A stretch of DNA of 64,000 bases from a bacterium (lineage in GTDB: Bacteria; Electryoneota; JAOADG01), in the NCBI GenBank assembly GCA_963681965.1, contig OY820579.1, forward strand, positions 1,376,001 through 1,440,000, given 5' to 3'. The translations under genes were made by a program, and so were the position numbers. Of this stretch, positions 48,400-58,312 are shown one piece after another. Every line of letters starts with the position of its first letter. The first letter of the stretch is position 1. The notes below the pieces were generated by a model. That model worked only from the letters and a program-made list of their open reading frames with translations. It was not told the origin of the DNA and searched no databases.

Positions 48400-51300
48400 T
48401 TATTCAAATTTGCCGTCTTCGGAATTTTCCATATCGTGGACGATTTTCATCGTCTCGACACTGACGGTACAGACACGCTGCAATAGATCGATTACTTTAT
48501 CTTTGTAATCGGCAAAGCGATAGGTATTGAATAACTCTGCTATGGTTGGGTCGGATGGTTTCTTCTCTTTGTATTGATCGAGAATCCATTCGAGCGCACT
48601 GCGATTGCCAAGTTTGTATTCCCACGCCTCGGCCGGGATTCCGGTGAGCGAAGTCATTTCGTCCAATTCGATCGTACCGTGCTCTTTATCGGCCTTGAGT
48701 TTCACTTTGAGTTTGGGGACATAATCCGTCAACGTTCCCGGCTCGGTAACGGCGGGAAAAGATGTGGTCTGCTTGGGTCGCGAGGGTTGCCGGGGAGCTT
48801 CGACGAGTTGCAACCCGAACGGTGCGGCCGCTTCGAAGCCAATGTGCAGTTCCATCAATTGTTTGCCCCACTGCGACCACAACGAAAAGTCTTTGTAGAA
48901 AGGAATCCGGGGAAAGTCGCATTTCAGATTCTGAGCGTACTTTTTACGATACGCCGGGTTGTGCAACACTGCATAACAGTAGTGGAAAATCTGCTCGCGG
49001 CTGATCGTCTTATCTTTGTAATGCTTCTGGAATTCTTTCAAGCCCCAGTCGGTGAGGTTGTCTATAGGGTTTCCCGCTTCGTCAAATCGGAACAATGGAA
49101 TATTCTGACACCCACCTGGAAGACAATTCAAATCGACATAATATTTACTAGATAAACTTAAGAATTGATTTGCATGAGCAGAACCAGAAATACAAATAAT
49201 TTTGTTTTCAGAAGTCGTATGTCTAATTTTTGACCACTTAAACGTTCTTCCTGTTAAGTATTTATCACAATAAAACATTAAATAAGTAAAAGGTCGATAG
49301 ATACAACCACTAACTTGAGAATGGTTAAATGATATATGGAGTCGTTTCTGACGACATTTGTCAAGCTTTACGTTAAATTTAATTTTTGAGTCAGAAATGT
49401 TAGACATGTTCATCGAAATTTCATATTGTTCAATAAAGTATTTTACTTTGTTTTTTAGTAATTCTGAACTATAGTCATACATCCAATGATCACTTTTCGT
49501 CTCAATTCCTAATGAAAAAGTTTTGAACAGTGCGCATTGCCCTTTTTGTGATTTAACTAACTTGTCAATTAATGGTATTAAATGTTCCCAATCATTGTTC
49601 ACAAGATCAATCCAATGATGGTTCTTATCTGGAGTGATCGCTTGAAAATTGATTTGATGCAATGGATTTGATTTTAAAAATTCAAATTTTTCTTTTCTAG
49701 TTGCTCGTATGTTGCAAGGAAGTGCATAAAAGATGTTACATTTGTCATTTACTTTACATTTTTGTTTTATTAAAAATGCAATAGAAATACCGACTGCTGC
49801 TGATACACCAAAAATTGTATGTTTCTCATTCAAGAAGATACCGTCTAAACCAGATAAATCGTGAATGTTCCCACCTAAGTCGATAAAGTAAGCAGAATCA
49901 AATTCTGTTTGGATGCATTTGCGGAAGCCATTAAAGGCACAACCATGCAAAAATTTATTATTTGTTATGAAACAAATTATTCCACCATCATTAATCCTAT
50001 CTGAAGCCCACCGAAAAAATCTTACGTAAGGGTCATATAACATATATTGTGTTTGTGCAGTCCCATTTTTTACGTAAGTATCTTTTATTCGCTTGTCAAT
50101 TTCAAAATATCTTTTGTTGCTATTTTGATAATTATAGTTTGGTTGTTTCGCGTTATACGGTGGATTCCCAATCACGACCGAGATTTTCTTGTTGTTTTGT
50201 TCGCAAATTCGCTTGGCATTCTCGCTGCTGATTCCAAACAACGTACCCTGTTTCCCTTCGTACCCAAGCGCGGCAGTATTGTCCAGCGTATCGACAAAGC
50301 AGAGATTCGGAAACTCTTCGAAGGCACCCATTTTCTGCTTGTAAGAGTATTCGATATTCAAATTGGCGATGTAATACGGGAGGATGGCAACCTCGTTCGC
50401 CAGCAATTCGTTCTTGTATTTATCGAGCAGATACTGCTTGGGAATGTGCTCGATAATCTCGCAAATGAATGTCCCGGTTCCAGTAGCAGGATCGAGAATT
50501 TCGACATTCTTCGAGGCGAGTGTTTTCCCGAAATGCTTGTGCAGCAGATAATCGGTACTCTCGACCATGAACTTTACAATTTCATTGGGTGTATAGACCA
50601 CGCCCAAGCGGTCGGCCGCTTTCGGGTTGTACACTTTATAGAAATTCTCGTAGAGAACTTTGAGAAATTTCTGTTTTTCGTGGTGGTCGGGAATACCGGA
50701 GGCCGCTTCGTGAATGGTGCCGTAAAAATGCTCGATATTGCCCAGCAGTGTTTTCCGTTCCGGGTAAGTAAACAACTTTTCGATCAGCTCTTCCAACTTG
50801 CGCGCGATATTGTTGTGACGGTGGAAGTCCGGTTCGTCAAAGACTCTATTGAATATATCGGCAGTTAGGATATGCTGAATCATCATCTCGCGGATATCGT
50901 CGGCAGTAATGGCGGGATTGATTTCGGTCTTGCATAAATCGTGGAATTCTTCGAATGCGTCCAAATACGGCTGATTATTTTTGCTCTTGATGTCGATTTG
51001 CACGCGGATGGCCACCAGAATCTTGGGAATATCGGTTTTGAAGATCTCCAGTGCCGCTTCGAATTTTCGTATGATTTCGCGTTTGAATTCGATAAAGGAG
51101 ACAATCAAGCGGTCGAGTTGTGCCGGTTCATGAACATTCGCCCGCCCGACCAATTGACCGTTCTGAAACAGTACGGCACTTTGGCTGTCTTCGAATAAAA
51201 TGTTGGTGAGTGGGTATCCCTTTTTTATTTTTATATCGATCTCTTCGTCTAAACTGTCTTTTTCGTCTTTACTTTCCCAATACCCGATATCCAAACCCCA

Positions 51301-51510
51301 GCTATTTCGCAAAATGCCGTCGGGTTTGACGTTTTTTCCGGTCGTTCCAAGTACAAATACTTCCCGCACTACTCGTAAATTGCGGTCGTCGGCGTAACGA
51401 TTCAATAAATTACAAAAACATCCTTTGATAGTATCTTCATTGGCTGTTTTCGCAAACTTAACAGTTTGATCGTATTCGTTGTAGTATTCTTGGATATAAA
51501 GCTGCGACAT
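48400..51510 (-). CDS. Restriction-modification protein: N-terminal PD-(D/E)xK-like nuclease + N6-adenine MTase + Type ISP-like C-terminal specificity domain (no helicase)
   Basis: KPDG...YWESKD; GVVYTPNEIV; motif I LDPATGTGTF; motif IV IGNPPY; C-terminal YAVLHNPAYR...FPRIP...WEYKLGNRSALEWILDQY. Confidence 0.85.
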   Translation of the reverse strand: MSQLYIQEYYNEYDQTVKFAKTANEDTIKGCFCNLLNRYADDRNLRVVREVFVLGTTGKNVKPDGILRNSWGLDIGYWESKDEKDSLDEEIDIKIKKGYPLTNILFEDSQSAVLFQNGQLVGRANVHEPAQLDRLIVSFIEFKREIIRKFEAALEIFKTDIPKILVAIRVQIDIKSKNNQPYLDAFEEFHDLCKTEINPAITADDIREMMIQHILTADIFNRVFDEPDFHRHNNIARKLEELIEKLFTYPERKTLLGNIEHFYGTIHEAASGIPDHHEKQKFLKVLYENFYKVYNPKAADRLGVVYTPNEIVKFMVESTDYLLHKHFGKTLASKNVEILDPATGTGTFICEIIEHIPKQYLLDKYKNELLANEVAILPYYIANLNIEYSYKQKMGAFEEFPNLCFVDTLDNTAALGYEGKQGTLFGISSENAKRICEQNNKKISVVIGNPPYNAKQPNYNYQNSNKRYFEIDKRIKDTYVKNGTAQTQYMLYDPYVRFFRWASDRINDGGIICFITNNKFLHGCAFNGFRKCIQTEFDSAYFIDLGGNIHDLSGLDGIFLNEKHTIFGVSAAVGISIAFLIKQKCKVNDKCNIFYALPCNIRATRKEKFEFLKSNPLHQINFQAITPDKNHHWIDLVNNDWEHLIPLIDKLVKSQKGQCALFKTFSLGIETKSDHWMYDYSSELLKNKVKYFIEQYEISMNMSNISDSKIKFNVKLDKCRQKRLHISFNHSQVSGCIYRPFTYLMFYCDKYLTGRTFKWSKIRHTTSENKIICISGSAHANQFLSLSSKYYVDLNCLPGGCQNIPLFRFDEAGNPIDNLTDWGLKEFQKHYKDKTISREQIFHYCYAVLHNPAYRKKYAQNLKCDFPRIPFYKDFSLWSQWGKQLMELHIGFEAAAPFGLQLVEAPRQPSRPKQTTSFPAVTEPGTLTDYVPKLKVKLKADKEHGTIELDEMTSLTGIPAEAWEYKLGNRSALEWILDQYKEKKPSDPTIAELFNTYRFADYKDKVIDLLQRVCTVSVETMKIVHDMENSEDGKFE

Positions 51511-51649
51511 ATTGGTTTCCGTTTATTCAGACAAAGCAATATAACCATTTTTGCGGCTTGATAGTATGCATTTCCATAATTATTTCGGTGCTTGCGACCC
51601 GAGTTGCTCGCGAATAATACCGGTTACTGTCCGGCTACGCCGGACTCCC

Positions 51650-51673
51650 GGGCGCTTCGCGAAGCGCCCCTAC
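51650..51673 (-). repeat. GTAG-type REP-like palindrome
   Basis: gggcgcttcgcgaagcgcccctac; compensatory stem variant of the 28219 repeat. Confidence 0.65.
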
Positions 51674-51942
51674 CAATAAATTGCCACATTGTGCGTGCAA
51701 AAAAATGCATACGAACGACCGAACAGGATAAAAAACAATTGATGGTCGCGGAGCGATGCGCGATTGCCCTGAACGAAGCACCAAGCACCATGCACCACCC
51801 CCATTTTCCCCACCGCAAAAATCTCGCTATCTTAAGGCTTGGCTGAGGGCAACGTCTTGAATGTATTACGTCCCCCATTTCGCCTCACCTTTTCTTGGAA
51901 CAAGTTACGCTCCCAACCCGCTTATGGAAGCAGGAGAACCGA

Positions 51943-53742
51943 ATGAACGAACCGAACGAAAACCGGGTATTGCTGTTCGGCAATGAAGCGATTGCTCAAG
52001 GCGCCCGCGAAGCCGGCGTCTATTTTGCTTCCGCTTACCCCGGAACCCCGTCGACCGAAATTCTCGAAGTATTCGCGACCTATCCCGGCGTCTTCGCCAA
52101 ATGGTCACCCAACGAAAAAGTCGCCCTCGAAGTCGGAATTGGCGCATCGATCAGCGGCACCCGCACCCTCGTCTGCATGAAGCATGTCGGTGTCAACGTC
52201 GCCATGGATCCCCTGATGACCTTCACCTACACCGGCGTTCGCGGCGGTTTCGTGTTGGTCAGTGCCGACGATCCCGAGATGCATTCCAGCCAGAACGAGC
52301 AGGATAACCGCATCATCGGAAAATTCGCCAAGATCCCCGTATTCGACCCATCCGACAGTCAGGATGCCCACGATTTCACGATGCTCGGCTATGAAATTTC
52401 CGAACGCTTCAACACCCCTGTGATGTTGCGCGAAACTACCCGCATCGCCCACGCTAAAGGTCTCGTAAAATTAGGACAGTGGCGCGACCCGGTACGTGGC
52501 GAAAAATTCGTACCCGAAATCAGCCGGTTCGTCATGATGCCGAACTTCGCCAAGCCGCGCCACACCTTTGTCGAAGCGCGTACTCTTGAATTGGCGAAAT
52601 TCTCCGACGAATGGGAAGGGAACAAACTCGAACTGAAGAGCAAGGAAATCGGTATTATCACCGGTGGTGTCGCAGTTCAGTACATTCGCGAATTGCTGCC
52701 CGATGCCAGCTTCCTGCAAGTCGGCATGGTATGGCCGTTCCCTGCCGAAAAAGCGAAGAAACTTGCCGCACATTGCAAGCGCATTATCGTCGTCGAAGAA
52801 CTCGAACCGTTCCTCGAAAATGAAGCGAAGATTCTCGGAATCGAATGCGAAGGCAAAAAATATTTCCCAATCGAAGGGGAATTGAATCTTGATAAGGTCG
52901 CGAAAGGCTTATTTGAAGCCGGTCTGCGCGACAGCCAGCCAGTTTATCCCAAACAAGCCGAAGTGATGGTTCGTCCTCCGGTGCTCTGCCCCGGTTGCCC
53001 GCATCGCGGTATTTTCATGGCATTGAAAGAGGTCAAAGCGCACGTCTTCGGCGATATCGGCTGCTATACGCTCGCCGCGCTGAAGCCGCTCGAAACGCTG
53101 CATTGCTGCTATTGCATGGGCGCCTCGATCGGGAATGCGATCGGCGTAGCACTGTCGACCACCGGTCAGAAAAACGCGGTGACGGCAGTACTCGGCGACT
53201 CGACGTTCCTGCATAGCGGTGTCACCGGTTTGATGGACATGGTCTACAGCAGTGCCAACATGACGCTCGTGATTGTCGACAACGACATTACCGCCATGAC
53301 CGGCGGTCAGGAAAATCCCGGTTCCGGGATGGACTTGATGGGTAAACCGGCACCGAAGATTTTGATCGAGGATATCGTCAAGGCATGCGGGATCAAGAAA
53401 CTCTTAATCTGCGATACCTATGACTATGATAAAACACTCGCCGATTTGAAAGACGCGATTGCATTCGAAGGTCCGTCGGTAGTGATCGCTCGGCGTCCCT
53501 GCGCGCTGTTCCCGCGGAAAGTCAAGATCGATCCCTACATCGTGAAAGACGATCCCTGCACCGGTTGTGGCTTGTGCCTCAAGATCGGTTGTCCGGCGCT
53601 GTCGATCACCGGTCGCAAGACGGCGAAGGGGCTTGACATTCCGATGATCGATCCGACGATTTGCACGGGTTGCACATTGTGCGTTCAGGTCTGCAAATTC
53701 GATGCGATTTTCCAGAAAAGTGCGGAAGGGGTCACAGCATGA
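51943..53742 (+). CDS. iorA: Indolepyruvate:ferredoxin oxidoreductase alpha subunit
   Basis: GNEAIAQG, YPGTPSTE, MKHVG.NVA.D, RPPVLCPGCPH, GDIGCY, GDSTFLHSG, C-terminal 2x[4Fe-4S]; RBS aggag before ATG 51943. Confidence 0.93.
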   Translation: MNEPNENRVLLFGNEAIAQGAREAGVYFASAYPGTPSTEILEVFATYPGVFAKWSPNEKVALEVGIGASISGTRTLVCMKHVGVNVAMDPLMTFTYTGVRGGFVLVSADDPEMHSSQNEQDNRIIGKFAKIPVFDPSDSQDAHDFTMLGYEISERFNTPVMLRETTRIAHAKGLVKLGQWRDPVRGEKFVPEISRFVMMPNFAKPRHTFVEARTLELAKFSDEWEGNKLELKSKEIGIITGGVAVQYIRELLPDASFLQVGMVWPFPAEKAKKLAAHCKRIIVVEELEPFLENEAKILGIECEGKKYFPIEGELNLDKVAKGLFEAGLRDSQPVYPKQAEVMVRPPVLCPGCPHRGIFMALKEVKAHVFGDIGCYTLAALKPLETLHCCYCMGASIGNAIGVALSTTGQKNAVTAVLGDSTFLHSGVTGLMDMVYSSANMTLVIVDNDITAMTGGQENPGSGMDLMGKPAPKILIEDIVKACGIKKLLICDTYDYDKTLADLKDAIAFEGPSVVIARRPCALFPRKVKIDPYIVKDDPCTGCGLCLKIGCPALSITGRKTAKGLDIPMIDPTICTGCTLCVQVCKFDAIFQKSAEGVTA

Positions 53743-54329
53743 GCGACAATATGACCAATGTACTGCTCGTCGGAGTCGGCGGACAGGGTGTGGTTCTGGC
53801 ATCCAATATTATCTGTGAAGTAGCGCTCCGTGCCGGTTTCGATGTAAAGAAGTCGGAAGTACACGGCATGAGTCAACGTGGTGGCGTCGTATCGAGTCAT
53901 GTCCGGTTCGGTCCGAAAGTTTATTCCCCGTTGATTGCCGCCGGTGCGAGCGATGTGGTGCTCGGACTCGAAGCGGCGGAAGCGTTGCGCTTTGCCCATG
54001 AAGTCCGCAAGGGAGGTACGCTGATCGTTTCGACTCAGACGATCAAACCGCCATCCGCATCCGAACGCAAAGGACCGCGCTATCCCGACGATCCGATTGC
54101 GAGTGCGAAAGAAATCTGTGCCGGTAACGTGGTCTCGATCGCTGCCGAGGACATTGCGCTGAAGCTTGGCAATCCGCGTCTCTCCAGCACGATTCTGCTG
54201 GGTGCGCTGTCGACCAATCTTTCGATCGACGAAAAAACGTGGAAGGATACGATTGCGGCGATGGTTCCGAAAAAGACCATCGACCTCAATCTCGCTGCTT
54301 TCGATGCGGGTCGGAATGCGGTGAAGTAA
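53739..54329 (+). CDS. iorB: Indolepyruvate:ferredoxin oxidoreductase beta subunit
   Basis: GVGGQGVVLAS, SEVHGMSQRGG.V.SHVR, NLAAFDAG; ATGA overlap with iorA. Confidence 0.92.
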   Translation: MSDNMTNVLLVGVGGQGVVLASNIICEVALRAGFDVKKSEVHGMSQRGGVVSSHVRFGPKVYSPLIAAGASDVVLGLEAAEALRFAHEVRKGGTLIVSTQTIKPPSASERKGPRYPDDPIASAKEICAGNVVSIAAEDIALKLGNPRLSSTILLGALSTNLSIDEKTWKDTIAAMVPKKTIDLNLAAFDAGRNAVK

Positions 54330-54349
54330 GTAATTCACCAAAAAATGAC

Positions 54350-54380
54350 AAAGCGCCTCCACAGGGGGCGCTTTACTTTT
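54350..54380. terminator. Intrinsic terminator after iorB
   Basis: aaagcgcctc-caca-gggggcgcttt followed by T-rich sequence. Confidence 0.65.
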
Positions 54381-54606
54381 TATATTTATCTTTGATAAAT
54401 TTTATCTCTGCCTCATATACTCCGATAGCGTCTTTGGATATTTTGATTTCTTCTTCCATTGTTCTAACCCCAACAGAATTTCCTATTAATTCATCATGGT
54501 TACGATTAATCTCGCAAATTTCTATTTTCTCTTTAGCAAACTCGATACAATGAAGAAGTTTATTCATGCTTCTAACATCATCAAGGAACATTTCACTGTA
54601 ACACAT
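54373..54606 (-). CDS. Small AT-rich hypothetical protein (helical/coiled-coil)
   Basis: 77-aa ORF with aggag RBS upstream on the minus strand. Confidence 0.5.
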   Translation of the reverse strand: MCYSEMFLDDVRSMNKLLHCIEFAKEKIEICEINRNHDELIGNSVGVRTMEEEIKISKDAIGVYEAEIKFIKDKYKK

Positions 54607-54780
54607 AGTACTCTCCTGTTAGTGATAACCTAGAAAAATAATTGTAGTTGATTTAAATATAAAGTAACGTATTAATTTTACACAATCAATATAAAAATTG
54701 ATTGTTACCTAATAATGCTATGAATACTAATTTGTAGTATGCCACTGCCCTGCGGGGCTTCGCAATAACATACTAAAGAA

Positions 54781-55240
54781 TCGAAGTTGGTTGGCACAAT
54801 TTCAGCGTTTCACCCACCTGTCGTTGCGAACACAGTCAGCCGCCTCGGCTGACGAAGTGTGGCAACCTTCTCTTGTTAACTCCACAGAAATAAAAAAAGA
54901 GCAGATTGCCACACTTCGCTTCGCTTCGTTCGCAATGACAGATCAAGACAAAAGATAAGAAAAGCGTCGAAGATGGTGGGTATAATTTCAGCGTTTCACC
55001 CACCTGTCGTTGCGAACGCAGTCAGCCGCTTCGGCTGACGAAGTGTGGCAACCTTCTCTTGTTGACTCCACAGAAATAAAAAAAAAGCAGATTGCCACAC
55101 TTCGCTTCGCTTCGTTCGCAATGACAGATCAAGACAAAAGATAAGAAAAGCGTCGAAGATGGTTGGCACAATTTCTGCGTTTCGCTCACCTGTCGTTGCG
55201 AACGAAGTCAGCCACCTCGGCTGACGAAGTGTGGCAACCT
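54781..55240. repeat. 186-bp tandem repeat (~2.5 copies) built from inverted palindrome pairs
   Basis: tgtcgttgcgaa...gtgtggcaacct at 54819, 55005 and 55191; agattgccacac...ttcgcaatgaca at 54903 and 55089. Confidence 0.9.
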
Positions 55241-55251
55241 ACTCCTTTTCA

Positions 55252-55539
55252 CTACCTGATTTGATCGCTAATATCCTTCCATTCGGGATTCATCGATTCG
55301 ACCAATGCATTTTTCCTTGCCCGATTCCAATGTTTGATCTGTTTCTCCCGCATGATGGCTGAGGTGGGATTGTCGGTTACTTCGGTATAGACCAATTTTT
55401 TTACAAAGAATGTTTTCGTGAAGCCGGCTACAAACCCTTGTTGGTGTTCGTACACGCGGCGCGCAAGATTACTAGTAACACCGGTGTAGAGGACGGTATT
55501 CGTGTAGTTTGTCATCATGTACACGTAATATTGCTTCAT
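55252..55539 (-). CDS. Small standalone GIY-YIG nuclease family protein
   Basis: YYVYMMTN..NTVLYTGVTSNLARRVYEH, AIMREKQIKHWNR, NPEWKD. Confidence 0.9.
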   Translation of the reverse strand: MKQYYVYMMTNYTNTVLYTGVTSNLARRVYEHQQGFVAGFTKTFFVKKLVYTEVTDNPTSAIMREKQIKHWNRARKNALVESMNPEWKDISDQIR

Positions 55540-55565
55540 AAAAGAAAATTAATACAAAAAAGAGT

Positions 55566-55789
55566 GGATAGCCACAGCCCCTACGGGGCTTCGCAACGAC
55601 AGATCAGGATACAAGACAAAAAAATAGATGAAAAGAGTAGATTGCCACACCCGCCTTGCGGCGGGTTCGCAATGACAGATCAAGATTCAAGATAAAAAAA
55701 AGAATCGAAATGGGCGGTACAATACCAGCGGTTCACTTACCTGTCGTTGCGAACGAAGGCAGCCGAAGGCTGACTAAGTGTGGCAACCT
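55566..55789. repeat. Three more copies of the same palindromic repeat family upstream of the GIY-YIG gene
   Basis: Reverse copies at 55566-55601 and 55639-55677; forward copy at 55742-55789. Confidence 0.85.
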
Positions 55790-56102
55790 GCGTTTGTAGT
55801 CGAAATCGGTATACTAAATCTCAGACCTCTACTTCCCAGCAGCGTCATGCAAAATTAGTTACGCTATAACATGAAGCCGCCTTCCTCACCGTCGATTAAC
55901 ATCCGACCATCCTAATTGTCCATTCGGTAGATCCCTGCAGTTCAAAATCGACTATCAATCAATCGAATATTTGGAGGCATTCTGCCACAATACTAGAAAT
56001 TTTCAATTCTTCCGGTTTACTGCTAAAAAATCTATTCAAGAATTACTATCTTGATTGCCATAGTCGATGATATTTCTGGATATATCCTCTGAAGGGTGTC
56101 AA

Positions 56103-58217
56103 ATGAACGAAAAAGCAATTTCACCAATCATATTAGTGATCTTTATTCAATTGGTACTCGCCGTTGCGTTGTTCGCTCAGCCGAAAATTGACAGTAGGCA
56201 AATCCACTCTTCAAATAAATCAATATTCCCCGCGCAATCTATTTCCTCAATCAATGAAACCGATTGGACGTCATTAGATACCAGTGGCTATACCCCCGAT
56301 CTCACCATGACTGAGAACGGTGTTTTCTATGCCTCTCTGGTTGTAAACAGCGGCACATTCCGAGTGCTGAAATCGTCCAATAACGGTAGTACCTGGTCGA
56401 CCATTTGCACAATGAATTATCCCAACGGTTATATCGATGGAACGCCGGTAATTGAAGCAATCGACGCGAGCAATTCCATCGTTGTAGCAGTTGCCTTGAA
56501 AGATACGATCAGCGCTGCAACTTACCGGACTTCGGTGAAGGTCTTCAAGTACGACACTACCGGTGCGAATCTGGTTCAGAACACGGTCTATACAAACAGT
56601 TGGTTAGCCGATGCTATTTATCTATCGCTCACAACAAATAAGTTCGAAACAGAATATCCAAGTCACACCGGTAATTATTATCTGGCAGTAAATGAATTTG
56701 TCGGCAACCGCGGTGTTAATAACGATATCCTCGTTTACAGCAGTACTAACAATGGTAATTCCTGGAGTGCCGGTGAAATGGCTGCTACCGATGTTCGGTA
56801 TGCCTCATCGGGCAAATCGATTGCCGCCAGTTATGGCACGATATACCTCTGCTATCTGGAATATGCTGATGCGACTCAAGTAAGAGTCAGTCAAAGCAGT
56901 ATGAATGGATGGACCAATGCGGTGGTATTGTCGAGTGACAACGGAGCGGTACGACATTGCGCGATCGCTGCGAAATCGGGAGTCATTATCGTTTCAGGAA
57001 CAAAAAGTACGCCCGACGATCGAATCTGCGTGAGCCGTTCCACTGACTTTGGTTTCAGTTGGTCGACCCAACAGACTTTCACCAACTTGGATAGTGCTTG
57101 TTGGCAACCGTCAGTGGCAGTAAATCGAACCGGACAATTCAGCATTTCAGCTTACAACTACCGAGTGAATACCAATATTGTCAGTTGGAGTTTGCCAACG
57201 ACGAACGGCGCTTGGGTTTACAATGGCGTACTAAGTAGTGCCAATGGCGTGAATTTAGCATGGTTGGAATCGGCACTTACCAACACCAACCTGACCTCGG
57301 TAGTATGGTCGGATGCGAGTTCAAGAGCACAGTTCGCGCTGGAACAACCACCACTACCACCCACTCTTAGTACCCCGATGAATAATGCGACCAGTGTAGC
57401 TATTTCTCCCAACTTTACTTGGCAAGCTTCCGAAACTGCTCAGAGCTATCGTTTCCAGTTATCCACCAGTTCGAATTTCGGCACGACACTGATCAACCAG
57501 ACGGGAATCACACAAACACGATATTCTGGTACTTCGTTATCATACTCAACGACATACTACTGGCGAGTTTGTGGCGATAATCATGCTGGAACGGGCGAGT
57601 GGTCTACTGTCTGGCATTTTACTACAGTGGGACAGCCACTTCCGATCGCACCTTTATTGCTGGCACCGATCAATTCAGCGACCAATGTCGGAACCAGTCC
57701 AACACAATTTGTCTGGCAACAAACCTCGAATGCGAGTTCATACCGTATTACCGTCGATAACGATCCGTTGTTTCAATCGCCCGAAATCAACGATACAACG
57801 CGAAATTTATTCTATTCATCAAATCTGCTGCAACCAAACACAGTGTATTACTGGAAGGTTCGGGGAATCAATGGCGGTGGACAGGGTCCGTACTCTACCA
57901 TCTGGTATTTTACTACTGCCGCTTCGGGTGTTGGCGACGAATCGACTCAGGTCACAGATTTTCGGCTCGACCCTGCTTACCCGAATCCCTTCAATCCATC
58001 TACGACCATTTCGTACAGTGTGAAAACCGCATCGCCGGTCGATTTGCGCGTCTTCACTCCCACTGGTGTCGAAGTGGCAACACTGGTTCATCGGCAGCAG
58101 CAGCCCGGTCGGTACTCAGTCTCGTTTGATGGATCGCAGCTCCCGTCGGGAATTTATTTTTATCGGATGGAAGCGAATCATTTTTCGATGATTCGTAAAA
58201 TGATCTTAGTTAAATAG
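56103..58217 (+). CDS. Secreted protein: Asp-box/BNR-repeat domain, two FN3-like repeats, C-terminal sorting domain
   Basis: Signal peptide; SSNNGSTW, STNNGNSW and STDFGFSW Asp-boxes; two P.L..P.N.AT...YYW.V...WS..W.FTT units; AYPNPFN...KMILVK. Confidence 0.82.
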   Translation: MNEKAISPIILVIFIQLVLAVALFAQPKIDSRQIHSSNKSIFPAQSISSINETDWTSLDTSGYTPDLTMTENGVFYASLVVNSGTFRVLKSSNNGSTWSTICTMNYPNGYIDGTPVIEAIDASNSIVVAVALKDTISAATYRTSVKVFKYDTTGANLVQNTVYTNSWLADAIYLSLTTNKFETEYPSHTGNYYLAVNEFVGNRGVNNDILVYSSTNNGNSWSAGEMAATDVRYASSGKSIAASYGTIYLCYLEYADATQVRVSQSSMNGWTNAVVLSSDNGAVRHCAIAAKSGVIIVSGTKSTPDDRICVSRSTDFGFSWSTQQTFTNLDSACWQPSVAVNRTGQFSISAYNYRVNTNIVSWSLPTTNGAWVYNGVLSSANGVNLAWLESALTNTNLTSVVWSDASSRAQFALEQPPLPPTLSTPMNNATSVAISPNFTWQASETAQSYRFQLSTSSNFGTTLINQTGITQTRYSGTSLSYSTTYYWRVCGDNHAGTGEWSTVWHFTTVGQPLPIAPLLLAPINSATNVGTSPTQFVWQQTSNASSYRITVDNDPLFQSPEINDTTRNLFYSSNLLQPNTVYYWKVRGINGGGQGPYSTIWYFTTAASGVGDESTQVTDFRLDPAYPNPFNPSTTISYSVKTASPVDLRVFTPTGVEVATLVHRQQQPGRYSVSFDGSQLPSGIYFYRMEANHFSMIRKMILVK

Positions 58218-58256
58218 GGTGAGTAAAACGATCCAATGGAAAAACTGGTTGAGTTA

Positions 58257-58291
58257 AAAAAACAGCACCCCCATCTGGATGTGCTGTTTTT
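58257..58291. terminator. Bidirectional intrinsic terminator
   Basis: aaaaaacagcac...gtgctgttttt between convergent genes. Confidence 0.65.
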
Positions 58292-58312
58292 CTTTCAAAA
58301 TGTCGACTGTAC

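Noticed and set aside
26008-48402. TAA stop-codon reassignment suggested by two in-frame TAA junctions (26008 and 48400)
   Set aside because: TAA is the normal terminator of many clear genes here (alaS, hoxH, trxA, iorB).
54781-55240. Tandem repeats as a CRISPR array
   Set aside because: The period is 186 bp, the sequence between palindromes is nearly identical rather than unique spacers, orientations alternate, and no cas genes are present.
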